NCBI GenBank assembly: GCA_018335035.1
Contig: JAGXKT010000001.1
Span: 192,048 to 256,047 of the forward strand
Length of the DNA stretch: 64,000 nucleotides
Origin: Phycisphaerae bacterium
GTDB lineage: Bacteria; Planctomycetota; Phycisphaerae; SM23-33
Reading direction: 5' to 3'
Shown here: positions 9,027-18,875 of the stretch, one piece after another
How positions within the stretch are numbered: the stretch's first letter is position 1
How the letters are laid out: each line of letters starts with the position of its first letter
The notes under the pieces: model-generated
The model's input: only the letters and a program-made list of their open reading frames with translations
Told to the model about the DNA's origin: nothing
Databases searched by the model: none
Translations under genes and position numbers: made by a program

Positions 9027-10658
9027 TTATGCGTCCTTACCCTCGGCGTCGGATTTCTTCTTCGGCTTCTTCGCTGGCTTCTTGGCGGGGGTCTTCGCCG
9101 TTTTCTTGTCGGCCTTTTTGGAGGCCTTCTTGGCGGACTTCTTCGCCGACTTCTTGGACGACTTCTTCGAGGCCTTCTTGGCGGATGTCCGGGTCGATGT
9201 CTTCTTGTTCTCAGCGGCTTCCTCGTCGGCCGCGGCTTCGTCCGCCTCATCGCCGGTCGATTCGGTGATCTTGGCGCGGTCAAGAAGGTTATCCAGCACC
9301 TTCTCCTCGCGCAGGGTCGAGTGAACCTCCTCCAGCGTGCCGTCCTGGGCCAACTCCTGCCGCAACCGCTCGGGGCGGCGGTTGTACGCCGCGGCCATCT
9401 GTGCGATGCGGGCGTTGACCTCGTCGTCGCCGACGGCGACGTCCTGCTGGTCGGCGATCTCGGTGAGGATGAACCGAAGCTTGAGGTCGCGTTGGGCCTG
9501 CTCGCTGGCCGAGGCATGAAGCTCGGCGAGGCGCTCGTCGATCTGCTCGCGCGGCACGCCCTGGCTGAGCAGGTCCACGTAGCGCCGCTGGAGCACGCGC
9601 TGCGTGTGGCGCGCGACGACGCCTTCGGGCAGGTCGAAGTCCGTGTGATCCAGCAGGTACTGGCAGATCTGCTCGCGCAAGGCGCGCTGCGACTCGCTCC
9701 GGGCCTGGGCCTGCATCCGCCCGGCGACGTACTCGCGCAGTTCCTTGACGTTGTCGAAGCCGAGCCCGGCGGCGAACTCGTCGTCCAGGTCCGGCAGGAT
9801 GCGGCGGGTCACCTGCCCGATGCTCAACTCGAGCGTCAGCTCCTTGCCACGCCAGGTCTCGTTGGGGTGGCTCTGGGGGGCGGTCAGCGTCAGCGTGACG
9901 GTATCGCCGGCCTTGTTTCCGGCGAGCTTCTCGGCGAGGTCCACGATCGGCAGCCCCTCGATCTGCCCCGGCGCGACGCGCAGCGACAGGCCGTGCTTCT
10001 CGACCGGCTCGATGTCCGCGCCGCGGATGGTCACGCCCGCCTGGACGGCGTCGCCTTCCTCCGCCGGTTCGTCGGTCGGCTCGTGCCGCGCCCGTCCGGC
10101 GAGGAGATTTTCGATGAACGCGTCGATGCGCTCGTCGGTGATCTCCACGTCTTGTTTCGTGACGGGGATGCCGTCCAATTCGGGCAGGTCGAACTCGGGG
10201 GCGACTTCAACCTCGAAGGCGAACGACATGTCGCCGGTGTCGGGCAACTCGATGGCGTCGAGATCAATGTCCGGCTCGCCGAGCGTCTTCAGATCGGACT
10301 GCTCCAGCGCGTCGCCGAGCGCCTCGCCGATTATCGCGTTGCGCACGTCGCCGGAGACCTCCCGGCCGAAGCGCTTCTCGATCAGCCGCCGGGGCGCGCG
10401 ACCGATGCGGAAGCCCGGCACCTGCGCCGATTCGACCAGTTCGCCGTACATCTCGTCGAACTTGGCGTCGATGGTCTGGCGGGGGACGGTGACGGTGATC
10501 TTCTTCTTCAGCGTGCCGGCGTCTTCGACAGTGACGGTGTTCCTGGTGGCCTCGTCCTGTACGTCGCCGTCGGTTTGGGGCTCGGCAGGTTGGGTCGTGG
10601 CCGCGTCGTTCGGCGCTGTCGGGTCCTGCGGGGCGGTATCCTCGGGTTTGTCGGGCAT
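9027..10658 (-). CDS. tig: Trigger factor (peptidyl-prolyl isomerase) with lysine-rich histone-H1-like C-terminal tail
   Basis: Ribosome-binding N-domain, FKBP-like and C-domain are present (GFRIGRAPRRLIEKRFG). The C-terminal 60 aa are KKASKKSAKK-type repeats. The start ATG at 10656-10658 was chosen over the GTG at 10703. Confidence 0.85.
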   Translation of the reverse strand: MPDKPEDTAPQDPTAPNDAATTQPAEPQTDGDVQDEATRNTVTVEDAGTLKKKITVTVPRQTIDAKFDEMYGELVESAQVPGFRIGRAPRRLIEKRFGREVSGDVRNAIIGEALGDALEQSDLKTLGEPDIDLDAIELPDTGDMSFAFEVEVAPEFDLPELDGIPVTKQDVEITDERIDAFIENLLAGRARHEPTDEPAEEGDAVQAGVTIRGADIEPVEKHGLSLRVAPGQIEGLPIVDLAEKLAGNKAGDTVTLTLTAPQSHPNETWRGKELTLELSIGQVTRRILPDLDDEFAAGLGFDNVKELREYVAGRMQAQARSESQRALREQICQYLLDHTDFDLPEGVVARHTQRVLQRRYVDLLSQGVPREQIDERLAELHASASEQAQRDLKLRFILTEIADQQDVAVGDDEVNARIAQMAAAYNRRPERLRQELAQDGTLEEVHSTLREEKVLDNLLDRAKITESTGDEADEAAADEEAAENKKTSTRTSAKKASKKSSKKSAKKSAKKASKKADKKTAKTPAKKPAKKPKKKSDAEGKDA

Positions 10659-10819
10659 GTCTGTAGATTCCGGTCGAGAATCGCCGCGTCCAGGCGCGCC
10701 CACGCGGCGCGCCCCCGGCGGCGGGAGTTCCGATACGCCCGACCGTGGCCGGGCGAAAAGACAACCCTATGCCAACGCCGACGGCCGGTCAAGCCCTTGC
10801 CCGCGAAGGTCGGCGACTC

Positions 10820-11872
10820 TCAAGCGTCCGGCGCCTGCGGCGCGGGCAGTTGCTTGCGGATGGTTCTGGCGGCGGCTTTGGGGTCGTCGGCGGCGCAGAC
10901 GGCGGAGGAGACCGCGACCCGGACGGCGCCGGCGTCGACGAGGTCGGAGACGTTCTCGGCATTGATGCCGCCGATGGGCACGAGGGGAACATCGCCGACG
11001 GCGTCGGCGACGGCCCGGTACAGTTGCGGGCCCTGCGGTTCGCCGGCGTCCTTGGTGTCGGTGCGGAAGACAGGCCCGACGCCGAGATAGTCGGCGCCTT
11101 CGGTGACGGCGGCCTGGGCCTGGGCGACCGAGTGCGTGCTGCGCCCGACCAGCGCACCCGGGCGCAGCAGCCGCCGCGCCTCGGCGATCGGCAGGTCCTG
11201 CTGGCCGAGGTGGACGCCATCGGCGCCCACGATGGCGGCGATGTCCGGACGGTCGTTGATGATGAGCATGCGGCCCATCTCGTCGGTCAGCTCGCGCAGC
11301 TCGGCCGCGACGGCCAGCAGCATCGCGTCGGGCAGCCCCCTTTCCCGCAGTTGCAGCGCGTCGGCGCCGCCGGCGATCGCGGCACGGGCGAGCTGTCGCA
11401 CGCTGCCGCCGGCGGCGACACCGCTGATCAGCAGGTACAGGCGTACGTCGGCGAACCGTGTGCGGACGAGAAGCCGTCCCGTGACGCGCTGTTCGAGTGT
11501 GTACCCGTCATAGCGCATCCGTTCGAGCGTGCGGACCTTCTCCGGCGAGACGAATTTGCTGTATTCCTCGATGGTCCGCAGGGCCTCGCTCAGGCGCTTG
11601 CACGCGGCGCGGGCCACGTCGGACAGGTCGCTGCGCGTCGGTTCCGACGGACTCGTGAGCTCCGTGCCGATGTCGCCGGGCGTGTCGCGCGAGGTGACCA
11701 TCTCGTCGGCGGGCATCTCGGCCAGGACGTCCTTCAGGTCGCTGCGCATGTGCTTGGCCATGGCGGTGATCGCCGGGTCGTTCAGCGCGAAGCGGCCGCA
11801 GTCTTCCACCACGCGCAGCGCCTCCCGCGCCCGATTAAAGTTCGCGTCCAGGATTCGGTAGACCTCGCGCAT
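10820..11872 (-). CDS. thiE: Thiamine-phosphate synthase ThiE with ~140 aa N-terminal extension domain
   Basis: The C-terminal 210 aa match ThiE (GADGVHLGQQDL, VGRSTHS, GADYLGVGPVF). AAGGAG lies 7 nt upstream of the ATG at 11872. The gene sits 20 nt downstream of the glyA stop. Confidence 0.8.
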   Translation of the reverse strand: MREVYRILDANFNRAREALRVVEDCGRFALNDPAITAMAKHMRSDLKDVLAEMPADEMVTSRDTPGDIGTELTSPSEPTRSDLSDVARAACKRLSEALRTIEEYSKFVSPEKVRTLERMRYDGYTLEQRVTGRLLVRTRFADVRLYLLISGVAAGGSVRQLARAAIAGGADALQLRERGLPDAMLLAVAAELRELTDEMGRMLIINDRPDIAAIVGADGVHLGQQDLPIAEARRLLRPGALVGRSTHSVAQAQAAVTEGADYLGVGPVFRTDTKDAGEPQGPQLYRAVADAVGDVPLVPIGGINAENVSDLVDAGAVRVAVSSAVCAADDPKAAARTIRKQLPAPQAPDA

Positions 11873-11892
11873 GGCGGGCTCCTTGCGGCGGA

Positions 11893-13173
11893 TCAGGCGT
11901 CCGCTGCAGCGGACGCGGCGTCGCCGTCGGCGGGAATCGGGAATTGCCGGCATACGTCGGCGACGGTCCCACGAACGCGGGCGATAACGTCCGTGTCACC
12001 CGCAGCCGTCAGCACCGTGTCGATCAGTTCGGCGACCTGCGTCATCTCCGCCGGGCCCATGCCGCGCGACGTCAGCGCCGGCGTGCCCAGGCGGATGCCC
12101 GAGGCCTGCATCGGCGGACGCGGGTCGAAGGGGATCATGTTCTTGTTGGCGACGATGCCGGCCGCGGCGAGCCAGTCGGCCGCGACGTGCCCGCTCACCT
12201 CGGGCAGTCGGCTTCGCAGGTCCAGCAGCATCATATGATTGTCGGTTCCGCCGGAGACCAGCCGCCAGTCGCGCTGCTGCAGTTCGCCGGCAAGGGCCTG
12301 GGCGTTGGCGACGATGGCGCGGGCGTAGTCGGCGAATTCGGGGCGCTTGGCCTCGGCGAAGGCGACGGCCTTGGCGGCGATGACGTGCTCCAGCGGTCCG
12401 CCCTGAAGCCCGGGGAACACGGCCGAGTTGATCTTCTTGGCCCAGTCCTGCTTGCAGAGGATAATGCCGCCGCGGGGCCCGCGGAGGGTCTTGTGGTTTG
12501 TGGTGGTCACGAAGTTCGCCTCGGGCAGCGGCGAGGGGTGCACGCCGGCGACGACCAGCCCGGCGATGTGGGCGATGTCCGCCAACAGCAGCGCGCCGGC
12601 CTCGTGAGCGATCTCGGCGAACCCCTTGAAGTCGATCTCGCGCGGATACGCCGACGCGCCGCAGACGAGCATGTCCGGTTTGGCGTCGAGGACCGTCTTG
12701 CGGACCTGATCCATGTCGAGCGTTTCCGTATCTTCTCGCACGCCGTAGCTCGAGCAGGTGTAGTTGCGCCCGGAGGCGTTGAGTCGCATCCCGTGCGAGA
12801 GGTGCCCGCCATGGGCGAGGTCCATGCCCATGATCTTCTGGCCCGGCGCCAGGGCGGCGAGGTAGACCGCCAGGTTGGCTGTCGTGCCCGAGTGCGGCTG
12901 GACGTTGGCGTGCTCGGCGCCGAACAGCGCCTTAGCCCGTTCGATGCAGATCGACTCGATGCGGTCAACGTTTTCGTTGCCGCAATAGTAGCGCTTGTGA
13001 GGGTATCCCTCGGCGTATTTGTCGGTCAGCACCGACCCCATGGCCTGGAGGACGGCACGGGAGACGTGGTTCTCCGAGGCGATCAGTTCCAGTGTACTGC
13101 ATTGCCGCTGGATCTCGTCCTGGACGCATTCGGCGATTTCCGGATCGACGGCTTTGAGGCGGCTGATGTCCAT
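11893..13173 (-). CDS. glyA: Serine hydroxymethyltransferase
   Basis: The SHMT PLP site [14 protein letters not shown] and overall similarity support the call. GAGGAG lies upstream of the internal ATG at 13173. Confidence 0.9.
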   Translation of the reverse strand: MDISRLKAVDPEIAECVQDEIQRQCSTLELIASENHVSRAVLQAMGSVLTDKYAEGYPHKRYYCGNENVDRIESICIERAKALFGAEHANVQPHSGTTANLAVYLAALAPGQKIMGMDLAHGGHLSHGMRLNASGRNYTCSSYGVREDTETLDMDQVRKTVLDAKPDMLVCGASAYPREIDFKGFAEIAHEAGALLLADIAHIAGLVVAGVHPSPLPEANFVTTTNHKTLRGPRGGIILCKQDWAKKINSAVFPGLQGGPLEHVIAAKAVAFAEAKRPEFADYARAIVANAQALAGELQQRDWRLVSGGTDNHMMLLDLRSRLPEVSGHVAADWLAAAGIVANKNMIPFDPRPPMQASGIRLGTPALTSRGMGPAEMTQVAELIDTVLTAAGDTDVIARVRGTVADVCRQFPIPADGDAASAAADA

Positions 13174-13285
13174 CTGCGGCTCCTCGTCTCTGTCAGCGGC
13201 GCGGCGGCGACCGCGCGACCGTGAACGCATCACTGTAGCCGTCGTGGAAATGATACGCAAGCCCCGGCGAGGCCGCTTCTGCGGG

Positions 13286-15013
13286 CTACTTGCCGATGCG
13301 CTCGGGCTCGACGGCATAGACGACGAACGCCCGTCCGGCGACGGGGCGGTCCGGCGCGTCGCCCTTGCGATCGACCCGCCCGTATCGGACGTAGGCCCGT
13401 GACCCGCGCTCAACGTTTTCCAGCACTTCGGTGAGGTGACCGCCGTCGATTGCCTGGATCGGGCCGCCGCCCGGCGCCATCGGGTCGGTGCGTCCGGCCA
13501 TCATGCCGACCAGCGTCCCGGATGGCGTGAGCACGACGCCGGCCGCTTCCCCCGGAAGCAGACTCTTGCCCAGCGTCAGCCCGCCGTCTTCGTCGGCTTC
13601 ACGAACCGTCGTGTCGATGACACGCACGGACCGGCCCATCTCGGCGTGCAGACTGAGCCCGTAGAGGGTCACGGGCGAGCGGGCCTCGGGCGGCTCGGAC
13701 AGCTCGCGAGGCAGCGGCCGGAAGGTATAGCCGTCCAGCGTCACGAACGCCACGACCGGCGCGGCCGCGCGGGCGCCGAAGCCCACGGACCGGCGTCGCA
13801 CGTAGCCGCTGACGATGTGTCCGGGGGCCAGGCGAATCTGCACGCGCTTCTGCTCGCCCACGACGGACGCGTCCACCATCAGCACGTTCTCGGTGACGGG
13901 GACGGCGATGCCCTGTCGCACGATCAGGCGATCGGCCGGCGGCGTGGGCAGCAGTTGCTGCCGCGTCGTGGTCCACGAGCCGTCGCCCGGCATCAGCCAC
14001 GTCGTCTGGCGTCGCGAGTGGCGACGCCGCTGACGCGGCTCGACGTATTCATTGAGCAGGGCCTTGGCCTGCTTGAAGGCCGGGGTCTCCATCAATCCCC
14101 CCGGTGTTTGCTTAAGCCCGTCGTGCAGCAGATAAATCGCCTCCACCGAGCCGGGCCAGAGGCGCAGCACGCGCACGTACGCGCTCAGCGCGTCCTCGTA
14201 GCGTTCGAGCTTCAGCAAAGCCCGCCCGTAGCCCTGGGCGAACCCGGCCACGAAGGGACAGTCCTGTCGGCAGGAGTCGAAGTGCACGGCCGCGGTCTTG
14301 TACTGCTCGGCTTCGAGGTGAACCCTGGCCTTCAGGAACGCACCGATACGCCGGTCGGGCCAGTACTTCACCGCTTCCTGGAATTTGGCTAGGGCGGCCT
14401 GCCACTTGTCATAATCCTTCCTGATCTTGTCTCGGCGCCATGTGTCGCGGCGGCGGTGGCGGAATGAGGCGATGAGGGCCTCCGCCTCGTCGCGCGTCCG
14501 CTCGAACGCTTCGCGTCGCTCGGCGAGTTGTTCCCGCGTCAGCCACCGCCCGTCGACATGTCGTCGCTGATCGTGGACGTAGATGCGCCACTGCTCGATC
14601 TGCTCGGCCAGACGGCGGCGCGGCGCCCCGGCGGGCGTTTCGTCCAGGCGGCGCAACAGGTGGAACACGTAGCTCTGTGGCAATGCGACGGTTTCAGGAT
14701 CGAAGCGCTTCGAGAGGCCCTCCAGAGCTGTGCCGTCGGCGGGGACCGCGTCGCCTGCGGGTGTCTCGTCAACGGGTTCCGCAGATTCGCCGTCGTCGCC
14801 GTCGCCGCTGCGGCGCACGAACAGCACGTCGTCAGCGGGGATGGTGACGACCTCGTCCGCCCCGGTCGGCCGGAAACGGACGTGTGCGTCCGTCGTCTCC
14901 ACCACCGTCCCCTTGCGCGTATTGCCGTTGCGGAGGAAGACCGTGTCCGCCTGGACGGACGCAACGCCGGCCAGAATGGAGGTTGCCAGGATGAGTCGCG
15001 CCATCTTACCCAT
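13286..15013 (-). CDS. Hypothetical secreted protein: TPR-like helical middle region plus C-terminal trypsin-like fold with degenerate active site
   Basis: Signal peptide [22 protein letters not shown]. The C-terminal [11 protein letters not shown]...LVGMM resembles the S1 protease GDSGGP region, but the nucleophile Ser is replaced. Confidence 0.45.
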   Translation of the reverse strand: MGKMARLILATSILAGVASVQADTVFLRNGNTRKGTVVETTDAHVRFRPTGADEVVTIPADDVLFVRRSGDGDDGESAEPVDETPAGDAVPADGTALEGLSKRFDPETVALPQSYVFHLLRRLDETPAGAPRRRLAEQIEQWRIYVHDQRRHVDGRWLTREQLAERREAFERTRDEAEALIASFRHRRRDTWRRDKIRKDYDKWQAALAKFQEAVKYWPDRRIGAFLKARVHLEAEQYKTAAVHFDSCRQDCPFVAGFAQGYGRALLKLERYEDALSAYVRVLRLWPGSVEAIYLLHDGLKQTPGGLMETPAFKQAKALLNEYVEPRQRRRHSRRQTTWLMPGDGSWTTTRQQLLPTPPADRLIVRQGIAVPVTENVLMVDASVVGEQKRVQIRLAPGHIVSGYVRRRSVGFGARAAAPVVAFVTLDGYTFRPLPRELSEPPEARSPVTLYGLSLHAEMGRSVRVIDTTVREADEDGGLTLGKSLLPGEAAGVVLTPSGTLVGMMAGRTDPMAPGGGPIQAIDGGHLTEVLENVERGSRAYVRYGRVDRKGDAPDRPVAGRAFVVYAVEPERIGK

Positions 15014-15103
15014 AGAAGCCCCGTACGACAGCACGTGCAGTGTACCGTACGGGCGGCATAGAATGAAACGCCGAACAGGCCCGAACGTCGGCGGGAGACG
15101 CTC

Positions 15104-17095
15104 ATGCGATTCAAAACGGTTTGCGCTGTTGTGGCCGCCTTGGTCGCGGCCGGGGTTGCGCGGGGACAGTGGAACGCATCGTCGCTGGGCGGCGGGTTCG
15201 GCGACAGCGCTGAACCGCCGCCGATGACGGCACGGCTTGTGCCGCAGCAGACGCACGCGGCGCCGGGCGGGCGGTTTCACGTTGCGGTCGATCTCCAGAT
15301 CGACGAGGGGTGGGGCTATTCCAGCCATGATCCCGGACGTAGCGAGGACACCGGCGTGGTGCCTCAGTCGGCTGATTTGTCCGTAACGGCCGAGGGGCTC
15401 GAGGCCGGCAGGATCCTCTGGCCGGAGGATGAGCCCTACGGCGACGGGACGCGGGTCTACAAGAACCGCACCATCGTGTACGTGCCGCTGATGGTGCCGG
15501 CGGACGCCGAGCCGGGCGCCCGGACGATACGCGTTACGATGCACGGGCAGCTCTGCAAGGACGTGTGCATCCCCTTGCGCGGCCCCAACGCCGTCGCGGC
15601 CGAGACGGAAATCGTCGTCGCCGACGCCGCGGCGGACAACCCGGCGTGGACGGACGACGCCGCGATTGCTCAGGGGCTGACCGATGCCCGTCCCGATGAC
15701 GGCACTGACGACGACGCGACAACACGCCCGGTGCAGGCCGTGGACGCCCTGTCGCTGGGCGCGCTGCCGCCGGTCGCCCCGCCGAGCTACCCGTTGATCG
15801 TCGCGCTGGGCGGGGCGGTACTGGCCGGGCTGATCCTCAACGTCATGCCGTGCGTGCTACCCATCATCCCGCTGCGGATCTACGCGCTGGTGAATCTGGC
15901 CGGCGAGTCGCGGCGGCGCTACGTCACGCTGGGGCTGGCCTTCGCGGGCGGCATCGTGCTGTTTTTCGTCGGCGTGGCCGTGGCCAACGGGGCGCTGAAG
16001 CTGGCGGCGGGGCGTGCGTTGAACTGGTCGGAGCACTGGCAGCTGCCGGCCGTACGGGCGGGGTTGGCGCTGCTGGTCGTCGCGCTGGCGGCGAACCTGC
16101 TCGGCGCGTTCGACATCGCCGTTCCGTCGAAGGTCGCCGCACGCGAGGGCGCCGGCGGGCGGCAGGGGCACGCCGGCGCCGTCGGCATGGGACTGATGAT
16201 GGCGATCCTCGCCACGCCGTGCAGCGCGGCGTTCGTGCTGGGCATCCTGGGCTGGGCGCAGGGGCAGTCGCTGTGGCTGGGGACGGTCGCGATTCTGCTG
16301 ATGGGGCTCGGCATGGCCGCTCCGCACGCACTGCTGACGGCGTTTCCCAAGCTGGTGGACAAGCTGCCCAAGCCCGGGCGGTGGATGGAACTGCTCAAGC
16401 AGACCATGGGCTTCGTTCTGCTGCCTCTGGCGTTGTGGCTGCTGTGGACGCTACGGGCCGTGCCGCGCGGCTACGGGCTGTGGGTCAGCATCTACGCGGC
16501 GCTTCTGGCGATCGGGCTGTGGATCGGCGGGCGGTGGGTACGCCCCGACGTGCCCGCGCTGCGGAAGTGGGGCGTCCGCCTCGTCGTGGCGGGTGTGCTG
16601 GTTGCCGCCGGTTACGGGATGCTGTCTCCGCCGGCGGCGCCGGATGCGTCCGCGGCGGCCGGCACGATGGCACGATCGACGACGCAGGCATTCGGGGGCG
16701 GTGGCGGCAACGCGACAACTCGGCAGATCCCGCAGGCGTTGGCGGGCGGTGACGGCAGCGCGGCGACGCCGGCGCGCATTGCGGTCGCTCGCAACGCCGG
16801 TCGGACGGTGGTGGTCAAGTTCACGGCCGACTGGTGCCTGGAATGTGTTGTCGTCGACCGTCGCGTGTACCGCACTGAGCAGGTCAAGGCGCGTCTCGCC
16901 GAGCCGGACGTGCTGTATCTGATCGGCGACGTGACGAACGCGGGCACGCCGGCGGCCGAGCTGCTGAACCGGATTCGCGGCGCGCCGCCGCTGACGGCGA
17001 TCTTCCCGCCGAGAGGCGATCCGATCTACCTGCCCGGCGGCATCTCCCGGGACGAGTTCCTCGCCGCGTTGGACCGCGCCATGACGGGCGGATGA
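15104..17095 (+). CDS. dsbD: Thiol:disulfide interchange protein DsbD (cytochrome c-type biogenesis transmembrane electron carrier)
   Basis: N-terminal signal peptide plus DsbD-alpha domain. A central 8-TM core holds the Cys pair (NVMPCVLP...ATPCSAAF). The C-terminal thioredoxin domain carries WCLEC. Confidence 0.8.
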   Translation: MRFKTVCAVVAALVAAGVARGQWNASSLGGGFGDSAEPPPMTARLVPQQTHAAPGGRFHVAVDLQIDEGWGYSSHDPGRSEDTGVVPQSADLSVTAEGLEAGRILWPEDEPYGDGTRVYKNRTIVYVPLMVPADAEPGARTIRVTMHGQLCKDVCIPLRGPNAVAAETEIVVADAAADNPAWTDDAAIAQGLTDARPDDGTDDDATTRPVQAVDALSLGALPPVAPPSYPLIVALGGAVLAGLILNVMPCVLPIIPLRIYALVNLAGESRRRYVTLGLAFAGGIVLFFVGVAVANGALKLAAGRALNWSEHWQLPAVRAGLALLVVALAANLLGAFDIAVPSKVAAREGAGGRQGHAGAVGMGLMMAILATPCSAAFVLGILGWAQGQSLWLGTVAILLMGLGMAAPHALLTAFPKLVDKLPKPGRWMELLKQTMGFVLLPLALWLLWTLRAVPRGYGLWVSIYAALLAIGLWIGGRWVRPDVPALRKWGVRLVVAGVLVAAGYGMLSPPAAPDASAAAGTMARSTTQAFGGGGGNATTRQIPQALAGGDGSAATPARIAVARNAGRTVVVKFTADWCLECVVVDRRVYRTEQVKARLAEPDVLYLIGDVTNAGTPAAELLNRIRGAPPLTAIFPPRGDPIYLPGGISRDEFLAALDRAMTGG

Positions 17096-17128
17096 CAGTC
17101 TCGGGTGGGCGTGGTCCGCCGACTCTCG

Positions 17129-18661
17129 TCATTCGCTCAGGTCGTGCAGCCGGGGGAACTCGTCTCTCAGCGCCGGGTAGAGCCGGCGGTACTGCTCGTA
17201 GAGCTTTCGGTAGCGGGCGCGGGCCTTGGGGTCCGCTTTGATGGTCCGCGTGACCTTGATGCCCGCCTTGCACGCCTCGCGGACGTTCGAAAACGCGCCG
17301 GTACCCGCCGCAGCCAGAAGCGCCACGCCGTAGGCCGGGCCCTCCTCGGCGTTGATCGTCGTACACTTCTGCCCGTAAACGTCCGCCTGCATCTGTCGCC
17401 AGAACGCACTCCGCGCCCCGCCGCCGGAGAGGCGAATCTCCCGCAGCCGCAGCCCGAGTTGCTTGAGCAGTTGCACCGCGTCGTTCATCGCGAACGTCGC
17501 GCCCTCCATGACCGAGCGGACCAGTTCGTTGCGCGTCGTTCGCGAGTGGATGCCGATCCAGCAGGCCCGCGCGTACGGGTCGGCGTGGGGCGTCCGCTCG
17601 CCGGTCAGATAGGGCAGCCAGAAGAGCCCCTCGCACCCGGCCGGGGCGGCGGCGGCCTGCTCGGTGAGCAACTCGTACGGGTCCACGCCCTTCTTCCGGG
17701 CCGCGTCGACCGCCGCCTGACCGAGCACGTTGCGGTACCACTGGAAGCTGCCGCCCGTCGAGAGCATGCAGCCGAACATGCAGTACTCGCCGGGGACGGA
17801 CGCGCAGTAGGTGTTGATGCGCCCCTCGGGATCGGTGCGGTATTGGCGCGAATGGACGTAGACCACGCCGCTGGTGCCCATGGTCGCGCTGGCCAGACTG
17901 GCGCGGACCACGCCGTTGCCCAGCGCGCCGGACTGCTGATCGCCCCCGCCGCCGACGACGGGCGTGCCCGCGGCGATGCCGAGCTTTCGCGCCACGGCGG
18001 GCGTGACCTTGCCGGTCACCTCGTGCGACTCGACCACCGGCGGCAGGATGTCCCGGTCGATCTGAAACTTCGACAGGATCGGCTTCGACCAGTCGCGCGT
18101 CTTCTGGTTCAGCATCGCCGTGCCGGACATGTCCGCCACCTCGCCGACGTACTCGCCGGTCAGCCGCAGGCGGATGTAGTCCTTTGGCAGCAGCATGTGG
18201 CGGATTCGCTCGTAGACCTTCGGCTCGTTGTCACGCACCCACAGCAGTTTGGTCAACGTGTAGGACGTCATCGCCGGGTTGCCGACCAGCGAGATGAGCT
18301 TCTTTCGGCCGCCGACGGCGCGCTCGATGTTCGCCGCCTGCCTGGCCGTACGCTGGTCATTCCAGATGATGCTCGGACGCAGGCACGCGCCGGCATCATC
18401 GGTGATGACCAGCCCGTGCATCTGCCCGGACAGGCCGATGCCGACGATCCGCTTGCCGTCAACGCCGGCCTTTTTGGTCACGGCGCGGGTCGCCTTGACC
18501 GTCGCTCGCCACCAGTCGTCGGGGTCCTGCTCGCTCCAGCCGGGTTTGGGGGCGCTGATGTCGTGTTCGGCCGTGGCGGTCGCCAACACCTTCGCCTTGG
18601 CGTTCATGAGCAGCGCCTTGGTGCCCGAGGTACCAATATCGATGCCGAGGTAGTACGCCAT
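17129..18661 (-). CDS. xylB: Xylulokinase (FGGY carbohydrate kinase)
   Basis: N-terminal YYLGIDIGTSGTKALL and the FGGY C-terminal GGGARS...W motif are present. Start placed at the internal ATG (MAYYLGID). Confidence 0.75.
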   Translation of the reverse strand: MAYYLGIDIGTSGTKALLMNAKAKVLATATAEHDISAPKPGWSEQDPDDWWRATVKATRAVTKKAGVDGKRIVGIGLSGQMHGLVITDDAGACLRPSIIWNDQRTARQAANIERAVGGRKKLISLVGNPAMTSYTLTKLLWVRDNEPKVYERIRHMLLPKDYIRLRLTGEYVGEVADMSGTAMLNQKTRDWSKPILSKFQIDRDILPPVVESHEVTGKVTPAVARKLGIAAGTPVVGGGGDQQSGALGNGVVRASLASATMGTSGVVYVHSRQYRTDPEGRINTYCASVPGEYCMFGCMLSTGGSFQWYRNVLGQAAVDAARKKGVDPYELLTEQAAAAPAGCEGLFWLPYLTGERTPHADPYARACWIGIHSRTTRNELVRSVMEGATFAMNDAVQLLKQLGLRLREIRLSGGGARSAFWRQMQADVYGQKCTTINAEEGPAYGVALLAAAGTGAFSNVREACKAGIKVTRTIKADPKARARYRKLYEQYRRLYPALRDEFPRLHDLSE

Positions 18662-18875
18662 GGAGGAAACCCTTTCCTGTAAACGCGGGCGACCGATGCA
18701 CACGCGGGGGGGGCATTGAACCAGCCCGGTGTGCCAGTTGCAAGCGTCCGTTTTTTGGATAAATTCGTCCTTGCCGGTTATTGTCGATCCGGGCCGTTTA
18801 AGGGTCCCGAACTGGCCGCGGAGCGGGCTTTCTTTAGAACGTGGGGATAAAGACCTTGACACCCGTCCATTTCGG

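Noticed and set aside
9040-9215. Nucleotide-level repeats (ttcttggcggacttcttcgccgacttcttgg...)
   Set aside because: They are a coding repeat for the Tig polylysine tail on the minus strand. See the corresponding finding rather than treating them as an array.
8514-11090. 858-aa + strand ORF opposite tig/clpP, and similar long shadow ORFs (27248-29602, 30706-32904, 53397-55784, 20780-22576)
   Set aside because: All lie opposite genes with strong homology support and have Arg/Pro/Gly-rich low-complexity translations. They are GC-rich antisense artefacts.
11873-13290. TPP riboswitch for thiE
   Set aside because: thiE follows glyA after 20 nt. The region upstream of glyA lacks the CTGAGA / ACCTGATCTGGATAATGCCAGCG thi-box signatures.
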